A stretch of 63,284 nucleotides of DNA, filler included, from Candidatus Rokuibacteriota bacterium (lineage in GTDB: Bacteria; JAUVQV01; DATDCY01), in NCBI GenBank assembly GCA_031406795.1. It is 7 parts of 7 records of this genome, joined end to end, with 100 filler letters (N's around TTAATTAATTAA, not from the genome) between each part and the next. Parts side by side here need not be neighbours in the genome. Positions count along the whole stretch, not along the records: positions 15,212 to 34,152 come from JANOHV010000247.1; positions 34,253 to 38,342 come from JANOHV010000252.1; positions 38,443 to 42,116 come from JANOHV010000254.1; 4 more parts are not named here. One strand, given 5' to 3'. This document shows, piece after piece, positions 31,467-40,582 of this stretch. Numbering within the stretch: position 1 is the first letter of the stretch; each line of letters begins with the position of its first letter. A program made the translations under genes and the position numbers. The notes beneath the pieces are model-generated. The model did no database searches, was not told the DNA's origin, and was given only the letters and a program-made list of their open reading frames with translations.

Positions 31467-33113
31467 TCAGGAGGTATTCCGCCTCGAAAAGCGATCTTCA
31501 GGGGCCCGGCGGGAAACACGCGGGATAGCGCCTCGCGTAAAGCAATCCGGCCCGTCCCGCGAACTCCGGCAGCGTTCGCTGGTAGACGCCGAGAACCCCG
31601 TCCACCAGCCGGCAGGGTTCGGCCGGCTGCAGCCGCGCCGGGTCCTCGACGATTCTGGCCAGCGGCTCGAACTCACGCTCCAGCCGCTCCACGGGCCCCA
31701 CGCCACCGGCCGGGGATAGCGATCGTTGATCCAGGCGGCAAGCAGCCGGTGCCAGGCCGCCTCCGCGAGCCGACCCCGTGCGTCGAGCGCGAATGAGAGG
31801 TTCATCTGACCCCGGATCGCCTTCGGCTCCACCCGCACCGCGTGTTCCCACAGGGCAGCCTCGGCGTGCCAGGGCCGTTGGGCGAGGACGCCCGCGCCGA
31901 AGAGAATCGCAACGAGCGCCGTCGCTGCCGGCCGCCGCACGCGGTCCGAAGCCCAGCGCCACAGCACGCCGGCCGCCAGCGCGCCGACGGCCATCGTCGC
32001 GGGGTAGAGGAGCCTCTCGGGCAGGTCCGTCGGCATCCGCACGGGAAATCCGGAGACCTGAACGAGCGGGCCCGCGAGCAGGACCAGCGCCAGCAGGGTG
32101 GTCCGCTCCCGCCGGCGCGCCGCCACGACGACCCCCGCGACCAGCCCGGCGAGCGCCACGAGGCCGAGCAGCGCGTACGGGCCGAGCGTGCGTCCGCTCA
32201 GATCGATCGCCGCGTAGCCGTGCACCGGGGAGAGGCCGGCCGGGACCGACAGCAGCGCCGCGGCCCGGCCCACGAGGTGCGCGCCGAGCGCCGGCCGCTG
32301 CCAGCCCTCGGCCGTGTAGGACAGGCTGTTGTTCCAGTGCACCGTCGAGCGCGGAAGCGAGAGTTGGGCGATCACGAAAGCGGCGCAGACCGCCAGCACG
32401 ACGGCGGCCGAACGCGCCCTGCGCCCGAGCGGCTCGTCCCGGAACGCGATCAGCACGAGGGCCCCCGCCCCGAACACGACCGCCGACTCCTTGACCAGGC
32501 AGCCAGCGAGGAGCACCGCCGCGCCGAGGCTGCCGGGAAACCTGCCGGCGCGGACGCAAACCTCAAGCGCGAGGAGACCGAGGCAGGCCGCGAGGATGTC
32601 GGACTGACCGACGATCCCGCCCACGGCCTCGGCGTGGGCCGGGTGCACCGCGAAGAGCGCCGCGGCGGCGGCGAGCGCACCGTCGGGCGCGTGAAGCGCG
32701 CGGCCCAGACGCCAGAACAGGACGACGGCGAGGGCGTGGAGCGCCAGCGAGAGCAGGCGGTACGCCGCGGCCTCGTCGGGGAAGACGCGCCAGACCGCGC
32801 GCCAGAGCAGGGGCGAGAGGGGCCGGTAAGAGGAGATCCCACCGGCGGCGAGCGGCTCGCCCCAGACGGAGCTGCGGAAGGCGTCGAGCACGCCGACGTC
32901 GCCCTGGACGATCGGGTTTTCGAGGATCGCCGCCCGGTCGTCGAAGACAAACCCGCCGTCGAGCGTCACCGCCCCGACGCAGACGGCCAGCAGCAGCGCC
33001 GGCAGCAGCCCGGGTGCGCGCCGCCGGGCCGGTCCCCGCGCGCCGGCCGCCGGCTCCGCGTCCGTCAGTTCGCTCGAGCGGGGCACCACGGAGGATCGGC
33101 TACTGGCGCCCAT
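31467..33113 (-). CDS. TMTC/DUF1736-like GT-C membrane glycosyltransferase; probable frameshift near the 3' end
   Basis: FVFDDR.AI..NP, SYRPL, LFAVHPAHAEAV, KESAV, PERLLYP; tail reads better in another frame after about 31695. Confidence 0.8.
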   Translation of the reverse strand: MGASSRSSVVPRSSELTDAEPAAGARGPARRRAPGLLPALLLAVCVGAVTLDGGFVFDDRAAILENPIVQGDVGVLDAFRSSVWGEPLAAGGISSYRPLSPLLWRAVWRVFPDEAAAYRLLSLALHALAVVLFWRLGRALHAPDGALAAAAALFAVHPAHAEAVGGIVGQSDILAACLGLLALEVCVRAGRFPGSLGAAVLLAGCLVKESAVVFGAGALVLIAFRDEPLGRRARSAAVVLAVCAAFVIAQLSLPRSTVHWNNSLSYTAEGWQRPALGAHLVGRAAALLSVPAGLSPVHGYAAIDLSGRTLGPYALLGLVALAGLVAGVVVAARRRERTTLLALVLLAGPLVQVSGFPVRMPTDLPERLLYPATMAVGALAAGVLWRWASDRVRRPAATALVAILFGAGVLAQRPWHAEAALWEHAVRVEPKAIRGQMNLSFALDARGRLAEAAWHRLLAAWINDRYPRPVAWGPWSGWSVSSSRWPESSRTRRGCSRPNPAGWWTGFSASTSERCRSSRDGPDCFTRGAIPRVSRRAPEDRFSRRNTS

Positions 33114-33193
33114 AAGAATTTCCTTCCGCGACCCGCACGGTCGCCCTCCGCCGAGTAGACCCAACTGACGGTGTTTCAGCCCTGATGCGGCCG

Positions 33194-33222
33194 ATTCTCG
33201 TGGCGAAGACCGTAGGTGTCAA
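33194..33222 (-). promoter_or_regulatory. Possible sigma70 promoter for the glycosyltransferase
   Basis: TTGACA-N17-GAGAAT. Confidence 0.5.
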
Positions 33223-33510
33223 GTTCAACTCCCCGGGGAGCTTGTCGCTTCAGGGACGCACTGGACGGAGGGGTGGCGCGGAGGGGAGGTCTCCAGCGGG
33301 TGAGCGGCGCGAGGCCAATGAGGAAGTACCAGCGTGGCTTCTCCGGCACGCGATCCGATCGCATGCCGAACGAGACCGTGAGCACCAAGACAGCCAGCGA
33401 CCATCGACGAGAGGGCGAATGGTCGAGTCGATGGTGGTCCGCAGCGACCACCCCAGCGGCGGGGTGGCAGGCAGGACCCCGTAGTCCGTGCAGGAACGTC
33501 GTCCGGATCC

Positions 33511-33540
33511 TTGACGACCCCGCCCCTCCCCGCCTACCAT
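33511..33540 (+). promoter_or_regulatory. Possible sigma70 promoter for galU
   Basis: TTGACG-N18-TACCAT. Confidence 0.5.
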
Positions 33541-33604
33541 GGAAGCCATCGCGGTACTCCACGCTTGTCGGAGCGCCGAACGCGTCGTCACCATGGAGGG
33601 TTTC

Positions 33605-34152
33605 ATGAGCAGCATTGTGAAGGCTGTGTTTCCCGTGGGCGGGCTCGGAACGCGATTTCTCCCGGCGACCAAGGCCTCCCCGAAGGAGATGCTCCCGCTC
33701 GTCGACAAGCCGTTGATCCAGTACGTGGTCGAAGAGGCGCACCTGTCGGGGATCACCGATGCGATCTTCGTGACCGGCCGCGGCAAGCGCGCCATCGAGG
33801 ACCACTTCGACACCATCTTCGAACTCGAACACACCCTCGACAAGAAGGGCAACCGCAAGCTGCTCGAGGAAGTCCGCAAGATCACCCAGCTGGCGAACTT
33901 CTCCTACGTGCGCCAGGGCGAGCCGCTCGGCCTCGGCCACGCGATCCTCTGCGCGCGCAACCTGGTCGGCAACGACCCCTTCGCCGTCCTGCTCGGCGAC
34001 GACATCATCCGCGCCCGGGTGCCCGTGCTCAAGCAGCTGATGCGGGCCTTCAAGAAGCACGGCGGCCCCGTGCTCGCGGTGCAGCGCGTCACGGGCCCGG
34101 GCATCAGCGACTACGGCGTGATCAAGGGCACGCGCATCGACGAGCGCACGTT
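33605..34152 (+). CDS. galU: UTP-glucose-1-phosphate uridylyltransferase (3' end off contig)
   Basis: [48 protein letters not shown]. Confidence 0.96.
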
Positions 34153-34252
34153 NNNNNNNNNNNNNNNNNNNNNNNNNNNNNNNNNNNNNNNNNNNNTTAA
34201 TTAATTAANNNNNNNNNNNNNNNNNNNNNNNNNNNNNNNNNNNNNNNNNNNN
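34153..34252. other. Artificial contig spacer
   Basis: N + TTAATTAATTAA + N. Confidence 0.99.
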
Positions 34253-34739
34253 GAACCCGCATCGCCTCGAGGATATGGGGACCCTTGTTGAGCATGACGC
34301 ACTCGGCGCGCTCGCCCATCGCGGCGTCGGTGATTTCGGCCCGGGAGGGGGTGCCGGTCCGCGCCAGCCCGTCGAGGACCTGCGTCGCCCAGACCACCGG
34401 GAGGTGCGCGGCCTCGCAGAGCCAGAGGATCTCCTCCTGGACCTCGGCGAGCCGCTCGTACCCGCACTCCACGGCGAGGTCCCCGCGGGCGATCATGACG
34501 CCGACCGCGGGTCCGTGCATCGCCGCAAGGAGCAGGTCGGGGAGCATCTCGAACCCGCGCCGGGTCTCGATCTTGAGGATGACGCCGAGGTCGGGGCGGC
34601 CAAGACGTCGCAGCTGGCTTTGGAGGTCGAATATGTCCTCGGTCCGTTGCACGAAGGAGAGGCCAACCAGGTGGGCGTTCTTCGCGATGAAGCGCAGGTC
34701 TTCCCGGTCCTTCCTCGACAGCGCCGGGAAGCGGACTTC
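34253..34739 (-). pseudogene. pyk: Pyruvate kinase fragment, 5'-truncated at the junction with the sat fragment
   Basis: PALSRKDREDL..GLSFV, LKIET, MIARGDLAVE, WATQVL, PSRAEITD, ECVMLNKG; homology stops at about 34739. Confidence 0.85.
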
Positions 34740-35033
34740 CCCGACACCTTCCGCACCGCTACCTCAATCCGTAACGAAATCACCGAGCGCGGCTGCCACA
34801 AGGTCGTCTCGTTCCAGACCCGTAACCTGATGCACCGCGCCCACGAGGAGCTGTGCAAGATGGCGAGGGAGGCCGAGGAGGCCGACGGCATCCTGATCCG
34901 CATGCTGCTCGGCAAGCTCAAGAAGGGCGACATCCCCGGGGAGTGCGCGACAACTGCATCCGCAAGATGGTCAAGCTCTACTTCCCGAAGAACACCGTGA
35001 TGGTCACCGGCTACGGCTTCAACATGCCCTACG
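34734..35033 (+). pseudogene. sat: ATP sulfurylase (sulfate adenylyltransferase) fragment, frameshifted
   Basis: DFPDTFRT..IRNEI..VVSFQTRNLMHRAHEELC..MLLGKLKKGDIP, frameshift near 34941, then VRDNCIRKMVKLYFPKNTVMVTGYGF. Confidence 0.88.
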
Positions 35034-35320
35034 TTAGAAACAACAAGCCTGAGCTGCCGGGCAATCCGCATCGTTCACCCACCCAATGACAAATGCGGAG
35101 GAAGGTTTGTTCCCGGATGATGCTGCCGTAGCGATACCGCAAGGCCAGGATAGTGGCAGAAAGGGGGCGGGCAACGACTCGCCAGAAAGTTGTGCGCATT
35201 CCGGTGAATCCGGCCGCTTGTTCCGGAGGAAAGCGGCCGCCTAAACCGGAGGAAGGCGGCCACCCGTCGGAGCGAAGCGACGCTGGTTGTTGATTTCTTA
35301 CCTTGGTGGCCGCCTTGGGG

Positions 35321-36052
35321 TCAAGTTTTTAATCTTTTGCGCATCGATTCTCCTTCCAGAGGGATCCTGTGGGCGTTGTGGACGAGGCGATCCAGGATGG
35401 CGTCTGCAAGGGTGGGATCGCCGAGGGCTTCATGCCAGTGTTTCACGGGGAGTTGACTGGTGACAATGGTGGAGCGATTGCCGTGTCGGTCATCGAACAT
35501 TTCCAGTAGGTCACGGCGCTGTTCATCGGTCAGGGGGCCAAGCCCCAAATCATCCAGGACCACGACGTCGGTCTTGGCGAGGGTAGCCAACAGTTTGCCG
35601 TAGCGGCCGTCGACCCGGGCAAGACCGAGTTCTTGCAGCAGCCGCGGGAGACGAAAGTAGAGGGCCGAGTGGCCCTCCCTGCAAGCTTTCTGGGCCAAGG
35701 CGCACGCGATGTAGCTTTTTCCCAAGCCGGTCGCGCCGGTGACGAGAATGTTGAGATGTTCGTCGACCCACCGGCAGGAGGACAATGCGAGCATCAGGGA
35801 CTTGTCCAAGCCCCGGGCAGGGCGATAGGCGATGTCTTCCACCGCAGCCTCGAGGCGGAATTTAGCCTTTCGCAAACGTGAACTCAGACGGCGATTGTCC
35901 CGTTCGGTCTCCTCCCGGTCCACCAGCAGTCCGAGGCGCTCTTCGAAGCCCAGATCCTGGATCTCGGGCATTCGTCGCTGTTCATCCAACGCCTTGACCA
36001 TGCCGAGCAGCCGCAAGGCCTGCAGTTTCTCCGAAGTCGGATGTGTCAGCAT
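35321..36052 (-). CDS. istB: IS21 helper ATPase IstB
   Basis: Walker A GATGLGKS, Walker B VVVLDD, TSQLP..W, DAILDRLVH. Confidence 0.97.
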   Translation of the reverse strand: MLTHPTSEKLQALRLLGMVKALDEQRRMPEIQDLGFEERLGLLVDREETERDNRRLSSRLRKAKFRLEAAVEDIAYRPARGLDKSLMLALSSCRWVDEHLNILVTGATGLGKSYIACALAQKACREGHSALYFRLPRLLQELGLARVDGRYGKLLATLAKTDVVVLDDLGLGPLTDEQRRDLLEMFDDRHGNRSTIVTSQLPVKHWHEALGDPTLADAILDRLVHNAHRIPLEGESMRKRLKT

Positions 36053-37605
36053 GATCCGCCTCCATGAAAGTACTCGCTGCCGCGGATATTGGGATGGTTG
36101 ATCGGCGCCGCCGCCGGCGTGCTCACCGGGACCGGCTGGCGATCCAGACCGCTTTTCAGGATGGACTTGATGCTCTTGTAGCTGATTGCCTCAAGTCGCA
36201 ATGCCCGGCCGCAGGCGGCTTCCAGACGCTCAGCGCTATAGGCTTTGCCCAGGCGCATCACGCCCACACAGGCCCGAAATCCCTGCTGAGGATGCAGGCG
36301 CGACTCCATGATGGCCTCGACAAGCTTCATCGTCTGCGGGCCGGACTGCCGAGCCCACTTGGCCAGCCGCTCCGGTGTCCACTCGGCCTGGTGTCGATGC
36401 GCTGGGGGCATGTGTTCGGTCACCGTGGTGTACTTGAACGGCAAATAGCTGCGCAGGTGGCTGGCGACGCGCTGCCCTTTGTGCAAGCACTCCATCGTCT
36501 GTGCTGTCAAACGCACTTCCAGAACCTGCTTGTAGAGCTGATAGGGGACGCTGTAGAAGTGTCGCTCCACCTCGATGTGATAGTTCAGCTGCACCCTCGC
36601 CTTCATCCATTCAGAATAAACATAGGGCTCCAGCGGCAAGGGCTTGAGCGCCGGTCGGTCCAGAGTCTCGAACTGAGATCGCCGTGATCCCGGCAGTTTC
36701 TTGAAGGCGCGCTGGTTCAGATTTTCGAGCAATCTGCGGATCTCGGTGTTGAGTTCGGCAAGACTGAAAAACTTCCGGTTGCGCAGGCGCGCCAAAATCC
36801 AGCGCTGGACGATTTGTACACCGGCTTCGACCTTGGCCTGGTCCCGGGGATGGCGCACACGTCCGGGCAGCGATGCCGTGCCGTAATGTGCCAGCATGTT
36901 CAGGTACGTCTGGTTGCCCTCCGGCTCGTACCAACAGGGAGTCGTCACGCCGTTTTTCAAATTGTCATGGGCGACCAACTCGGTCACCCCGCCAATAAAG
37001 GCAAAGGCGCGCACATGCGAGTTGATCCAGTCCGGCAGTTGCTGCGTCCGAGTCGCCTCGGCGTAGGCGTAGCTGGAGGCCCCCAGGACGGCAACGAATA
37101 CCGCTGCCTCGTGCACGGTACCGTCAGCCGGGTCAGTGATCGGTACGGTCTGGCCGCAGTAATCAACGAAGAGCTTTTCGCCGGCCTTGTGCTCTTGGCG
37201 CATCCACAGATGCAGCTTGCCGGCCCAGGCCCGGTACAGATCGCAATACCAGCTGTACTGAAATCCTTGCGGGCACTGCTCCTTGTATTCCTCCCAGAGC
37301 AGAGCCAGGGTTACGTTTTTCTTGCGACGAAGCTCGTGGTACACATCGGCCCAGATCGGCAATGGCCGGTCCGCGGTCGCGATGACCGACGGTGGCGGAA
37401 ACAACAACTGCTCGATCCGGGTCTCAGTCAGTTCCTCAGGCAGCGGCCACGACAAACCAGCTTTCTGCGCTCGCCGCAAGTACTCCCCGACGGTGCTGCG
37501 GGCAATCCCGCAACTCTTGGCGACCTGTCTGTCCCCAAACCCGCAACCCCACTTCAACCGCAGAATCTCTTTGATCCTTCGCATAGGTAACCTCTCTGCT
37601 GGCAT
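36046..37605 (-). CDS. istA: IS21 transposase IstA
   Basis: N-terminal HTH; DDE residues in FVDYCG, HDNLK, AKVEAGV; YSVPY. Confidence 0.97.
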   Translation of the reverse strand: MPAERLPMRRIKEILRLKWGCGFGDRQVAKSCGIARSTVGEYLRRAQKAGLSWPLPEELTETRIEQLLFPPPSVIATADRPLPIWADVYHELRRKKNVTLALLWEEYKEQCPQGFQYSWYCDLYRAWAGKLHLWMRQEHKAGEKLFVDYCGQTVPITDPADGTVHEAAVFVAVLGASSYAYAEATRTQQLPDWINSHVRAFAFIGGVTELVAHDNLKNGVTTPCWYEPEGNQTYLNMLAHYGTASLPGRVRHPRDQAKVEAGVQIVQRWILARLRNRKFFSLAELNTEIRRLLENLNQRAFKKLPGSRRSQFETLDRPALKPLPLEPYVYSEWMKARVQLNYHIEVERHFYSVPYQLYKQVLEVRLTAQTMECLHKGQRVASHLRSYLPFKYTTVTEHMPPAHRHQAEWTPERLAKWARQSGPQTMKLVEAIMESRLHPQQGFRACVGVMRLGKAYSAERLEAACGRALRLEAISYKSIKSILKSGLDRQPVPVSTPAAAPINHPNIRGSEYFHGGGSC

Positions 37606-37892
37606 CCGAATCTCCTCTTGGTTGGAAGAGGCCCAGAGTACCGCGCGTTGAATGTTTACCCAGCGTCTGCTTTGCTCCTTACTCTTGTCTCAATTCCCAT
37701 TCCGTTTGATTCCGGCCACTGATTCCGCTCGACCACGAAAAAGTGGCCGGCTTCCCACCGGAATCGGCGGCCGCTTTGCAACGGAATCGGCGGCCGGCTT
37801 CCACCGGAATGGGTGGCCGCTTTCGAACGGAATCAGTGGCCGGCTTGCCCCGGAATACGCAAGTTGCTCGTCGGCTTATTAGTGCCTACGCT

Positions 37893-37921
37893 TTGACAAA
37901 GCTCTCTTAGTCCAGAAGAAT
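37893..37921 (+). promoter_or_regulatory. Possible sigma70 promoter
   Basis: TTGACA-N17-AAGAAT. Confidence 0.45.
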
Positions 37922-38006
37922 GTCTCCCTAGTGGATGGAAGAACCACCGACATGGCTACTCAGGAGAATGTGGACAGTTCGGCTCGCGGCAGGAGGTTTC
38001 CTATGA

Positions 38007-38342
38007 GTGATGATCATGCAGGTAATGAGTATGCCATTGCTCCGTAATAGCGATGGATCTTGGGAACTTAGACTTGATGAAGCAGACAAAGTCGCTCTTA
38101 ACAAGTTCCATCCTTCCTACACGGAAGCGATGCCTCGTTATGTCACTGCCTTGGACAAAGCTTTCGCAAAGGCACAGGAAAGGTGTGAGTTCGAGTTTCT
38201 GCTCTCGCTGTTCCGCGTGCGCGGGATAAACAATACAGGAATAGGCGACGCTTACGAAACTACGTTGCGTGCGGTGCCACGCATATATGAGGTACATAAC
38301 CGGACTGAAGATCTTGAGGCTGCACGTCATCTTCAGCTTTGG
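38007..38342 (+). CDS. Hypothetical protein, lower GC (3' end off contig; start uncertain)
   Basis: Open frame running into the gap, AT-richer than host genes; no family recognised. Confidence 0.55.
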
Positions 38343-38442
38343 NNNNNNNNNNNNNNNNNNNNNNNNNNNNNNNNNNNNNNNNNNNNTTAATTAATTAANN
38401 NNNNNNNNNNNNNNNNNNNNNNNNNNNNNNNNNNNNNNNNNN
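38343..38442. other. Artificial contig spacer
   Basis: N + TTAATTAATTAA + N. Confidence 0.99.
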
Positions 38443-40122
38443 GCGGCCGACCCAGACACCGACGACGGCGCGCGCGGACCAGGCCACCGTCCACGCGTCA
38501 CGGGAACCGGAGGAGGTGCCGGTCTTCACCGCCGCGGGGAAGGGGAACTCGCTCGGGCCCATGCGCGGGAACCCCGGGAGCCGCGCCATCGGGTCGGAGA
38601 GGAAGAGCGTGACCTGCCGGGCGGCGGACTCGGCAAGCACGCGGCGGGGCGCGGGGGTGTCCCGGCCGACTATCAGGTGCGGTTCGCTGAGCAGGCCGTC
38701 GTTTGCGAGAGCCGTCGCGGCGCGCACGAGCGCCTCGAGGCTCACCGGCAACACCCCGAGCGCCAGCCCCGACCCGTACACCCTCGCCGGCTTCGATCCG
38801 TCGTGCAGGCCGAGCTCGCGGAAGAACGACCAGGTCTCGTCGAGGCCGACGCGCTCCAGGAGCCTGACCGCGGGGACATTGCGCGAGTTGGCCAGGGCGA
38901 ATCGCGGCAGCAGGGGGCCGAGAAATTCCTGGTCGGCGTTCTCCACGCCGCCGGGACCGCGCGCGCTGTCGTCGAGGATCGAGGCCGGGGTGATGAGTCC
39001 GCGCTCCAGCGCGAGGGCGTACAGGAATGGTTTGAGCGTGCTGCCGGCCGGCCGGGCCACCGCGGCGTAGTCGATGGCGCCGGCATCGTGGGCGGCGAAG
39101 TAGCCGGCCGAACCGACCCAGGCGAGGATCTCGCCGGTTGCGCGATCCAGAACGATCGCCGCCGCATTTCGCGCCCCGGCGTCCGCGAGCGAACGCACGG
39201 TGGCCGCCGTCAGCCGGGCCACCTCCCGCTGCAGATCCAGATCGATCGTGCTGCGCACCAGGGGCGGGCTCGGGAGGGTGCGCCGGGCCGCCGGGTCTCG
39301 GTACTGCGACGCGAGCCGCAGAATGGGGTGCAGCGCCTCCTCGGGGCGCCGGGGCAGCGGCGGAACGACGATGCCGTCGAGCTGGCGCAGCGCCAGTTCG
39401 TGCTCGGCGGGCGCCATGGCTCCCGAATCCCGCAGCAGGGCGAGGATGCGCCGGGCGCGCGCCAGCGCACGTGCCCGCCCCGCCGAGAGGTAGGGGTTCA
39501 TCCTGCCCGGCGCCTGCGGGAGCGCGGTCAGGAACGCGACTTCAGCCCAACTCAGATCCTCGACCGGCTTGTCCAGGTAGCGCCGCGCGGCATAGCCGAT
39601 GCCGTGGATGCGGTTGCCGTAGGGCGCGAGTCTCAGATACTGCCCGAGCACGCCATCGCGCCCGTGGCGCGTCGTCAGACCGAGCGCGGCGAGCGCTTCG
39701 ACGCCCTTGCGCCAGAGGGTGCGTGCGCCGGGCCGCTGCATACGCGCGACCTGCATGGCGAGCGTGGAGGCGCCCGAAGTGCGGCGGCCGGGACGCAGGT
39801 TGCCCCACGCGGCGCGCACCAGCGCGATCGGGTCGACGCCGGGATGCCGCTCGAAGCGCCGGTCTTCGACGGCGATCGTCGCGGCGGCAACCCGCCGCGG
39901 GATCCGCTCCAGCGGCCAGTAACCGAGATCGTCGCTGCCGGGAGAGCCGATTTCGCCGAGGAACTCGCCCCGCCGGTCGAGCAGCAGGATCGTCGGCGCG
40001 GGATCAGCCAGTCCCGAGAGCGCGAATGCCACGGCGAGGAGTGCCGCAGCCGAGGCGCCGGCAAGCCAGGCGGCGGTGCGCAATCGGGTCTTTCGCGCCG
40101 CCACGGCCTTGTCGTCCCCCAC
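38443..40122 (-). CDS. pbpC: Penicillin-binding protein 1C, copy 1 (intact N-terminal anchor; 3' end off contig)
   Basis: TM anchor; transglycosylase VEDRRF.RHPGVD, GASTL.MQVAR, LPQAP; transpeptidase STLK, SRN, KTGT. Confidence 0.9.
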
Positions 40123-40155
40123 GAGCTCGTTTGTAGTCCCGCGTCCTCGGGGGTG

Positions 40156-40383
40156 TCAAGGCGGGAGGTTCTTCAGCGCCCTGATGATCTCCTCCTCCTT
40201 CGGGAAGCGCACGGATTTTTTCTTCGAGAAGAGCGTTGTTCCATCCGCAGACACCTCGAAGACGCCGCTGCCGCCAGGGACGAACTCGACGGGGCACTTG
40301 AATTGCTGTTTGATCGCCGCCGCCAGCCTGGCGGCCTGGGGAAGATAGTTTCAGACGACGCAGTACTCGATGGTGACTTTCAT
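40156..40383 (-). CDS. Rdx-family (SelT/SelW/SelH-like) selenoprotein, 75 aa, Sec at codon 11
   Basis: MKVTIEYCVV[TGA]NYLPQAARLAAAIKQQFKCPVEFVPGGSGVFEVSADGTTLFSKKKSVRFPKEEEIIRALKNLPP; CxxU and G.FEV..FSK....RFP motifs; SD AAGGGGG; absent from the ORF track. Confidence 0.9.
40319..40335 (-). promoter_or_regulatory. Candidate bacterial SECIS hairpin
   Basis: GCCGCCA-GGC-TGGCGGC stem-loop beginning 16 nt after the in-frame UGA, with G first in the loop. Confidence 0.7.
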
Positions 40384-40582
40384 CGCGCCCCCTTACCGAT
40401 GTCTCGCGAGGTTCTTGCAGCGCACGGATGCGTCTTCACCTGCTCTGGGGGGGAGTTGAGCAGAGAAACGTGCCGTTGTCCATTCATCACCGCGTTGCCG
40501 TCTGGGGGCAGGTGCCGTCCACTGCGCCCGCGCCCGCCCGTTCGTCCTCCCCGGACACCGATTCTCCGCGGCGGTGCTGCCG

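Larger units (their letters stand above)
35193..37861 (-). mobile_element. Complete IS21-family insertion sequence
   Basis: Ends TGCGCATTCC…GGAATACGCA; subterminal ~22-nt repeats (ATTCCG..AAGCGGCC); 5-bp TSD AGTTG at 35188-35192 and 37862-37866. Confidence 0.95.

Noticed and set aside
33267-33296. GGAGGGGTGGC as the 5' end of a tRNA-Ser
   Set aside because: No D arm, anticodon arm or TTCGA T-loop follows; no tRNA or rRNA was seen in the window
37720-37861. ~22-nt periodic repeats as CRISPR or iterons
   Set aside because: They are the subterminal repeats of the IS21 end and are mirrored at 35193-35265
40428-40582. ORF-track N-terminal extension of pbpC copy 2
   Set aside because: No SD, no hydrophobic anchor and no clear homology to the copy 1 N-terminus
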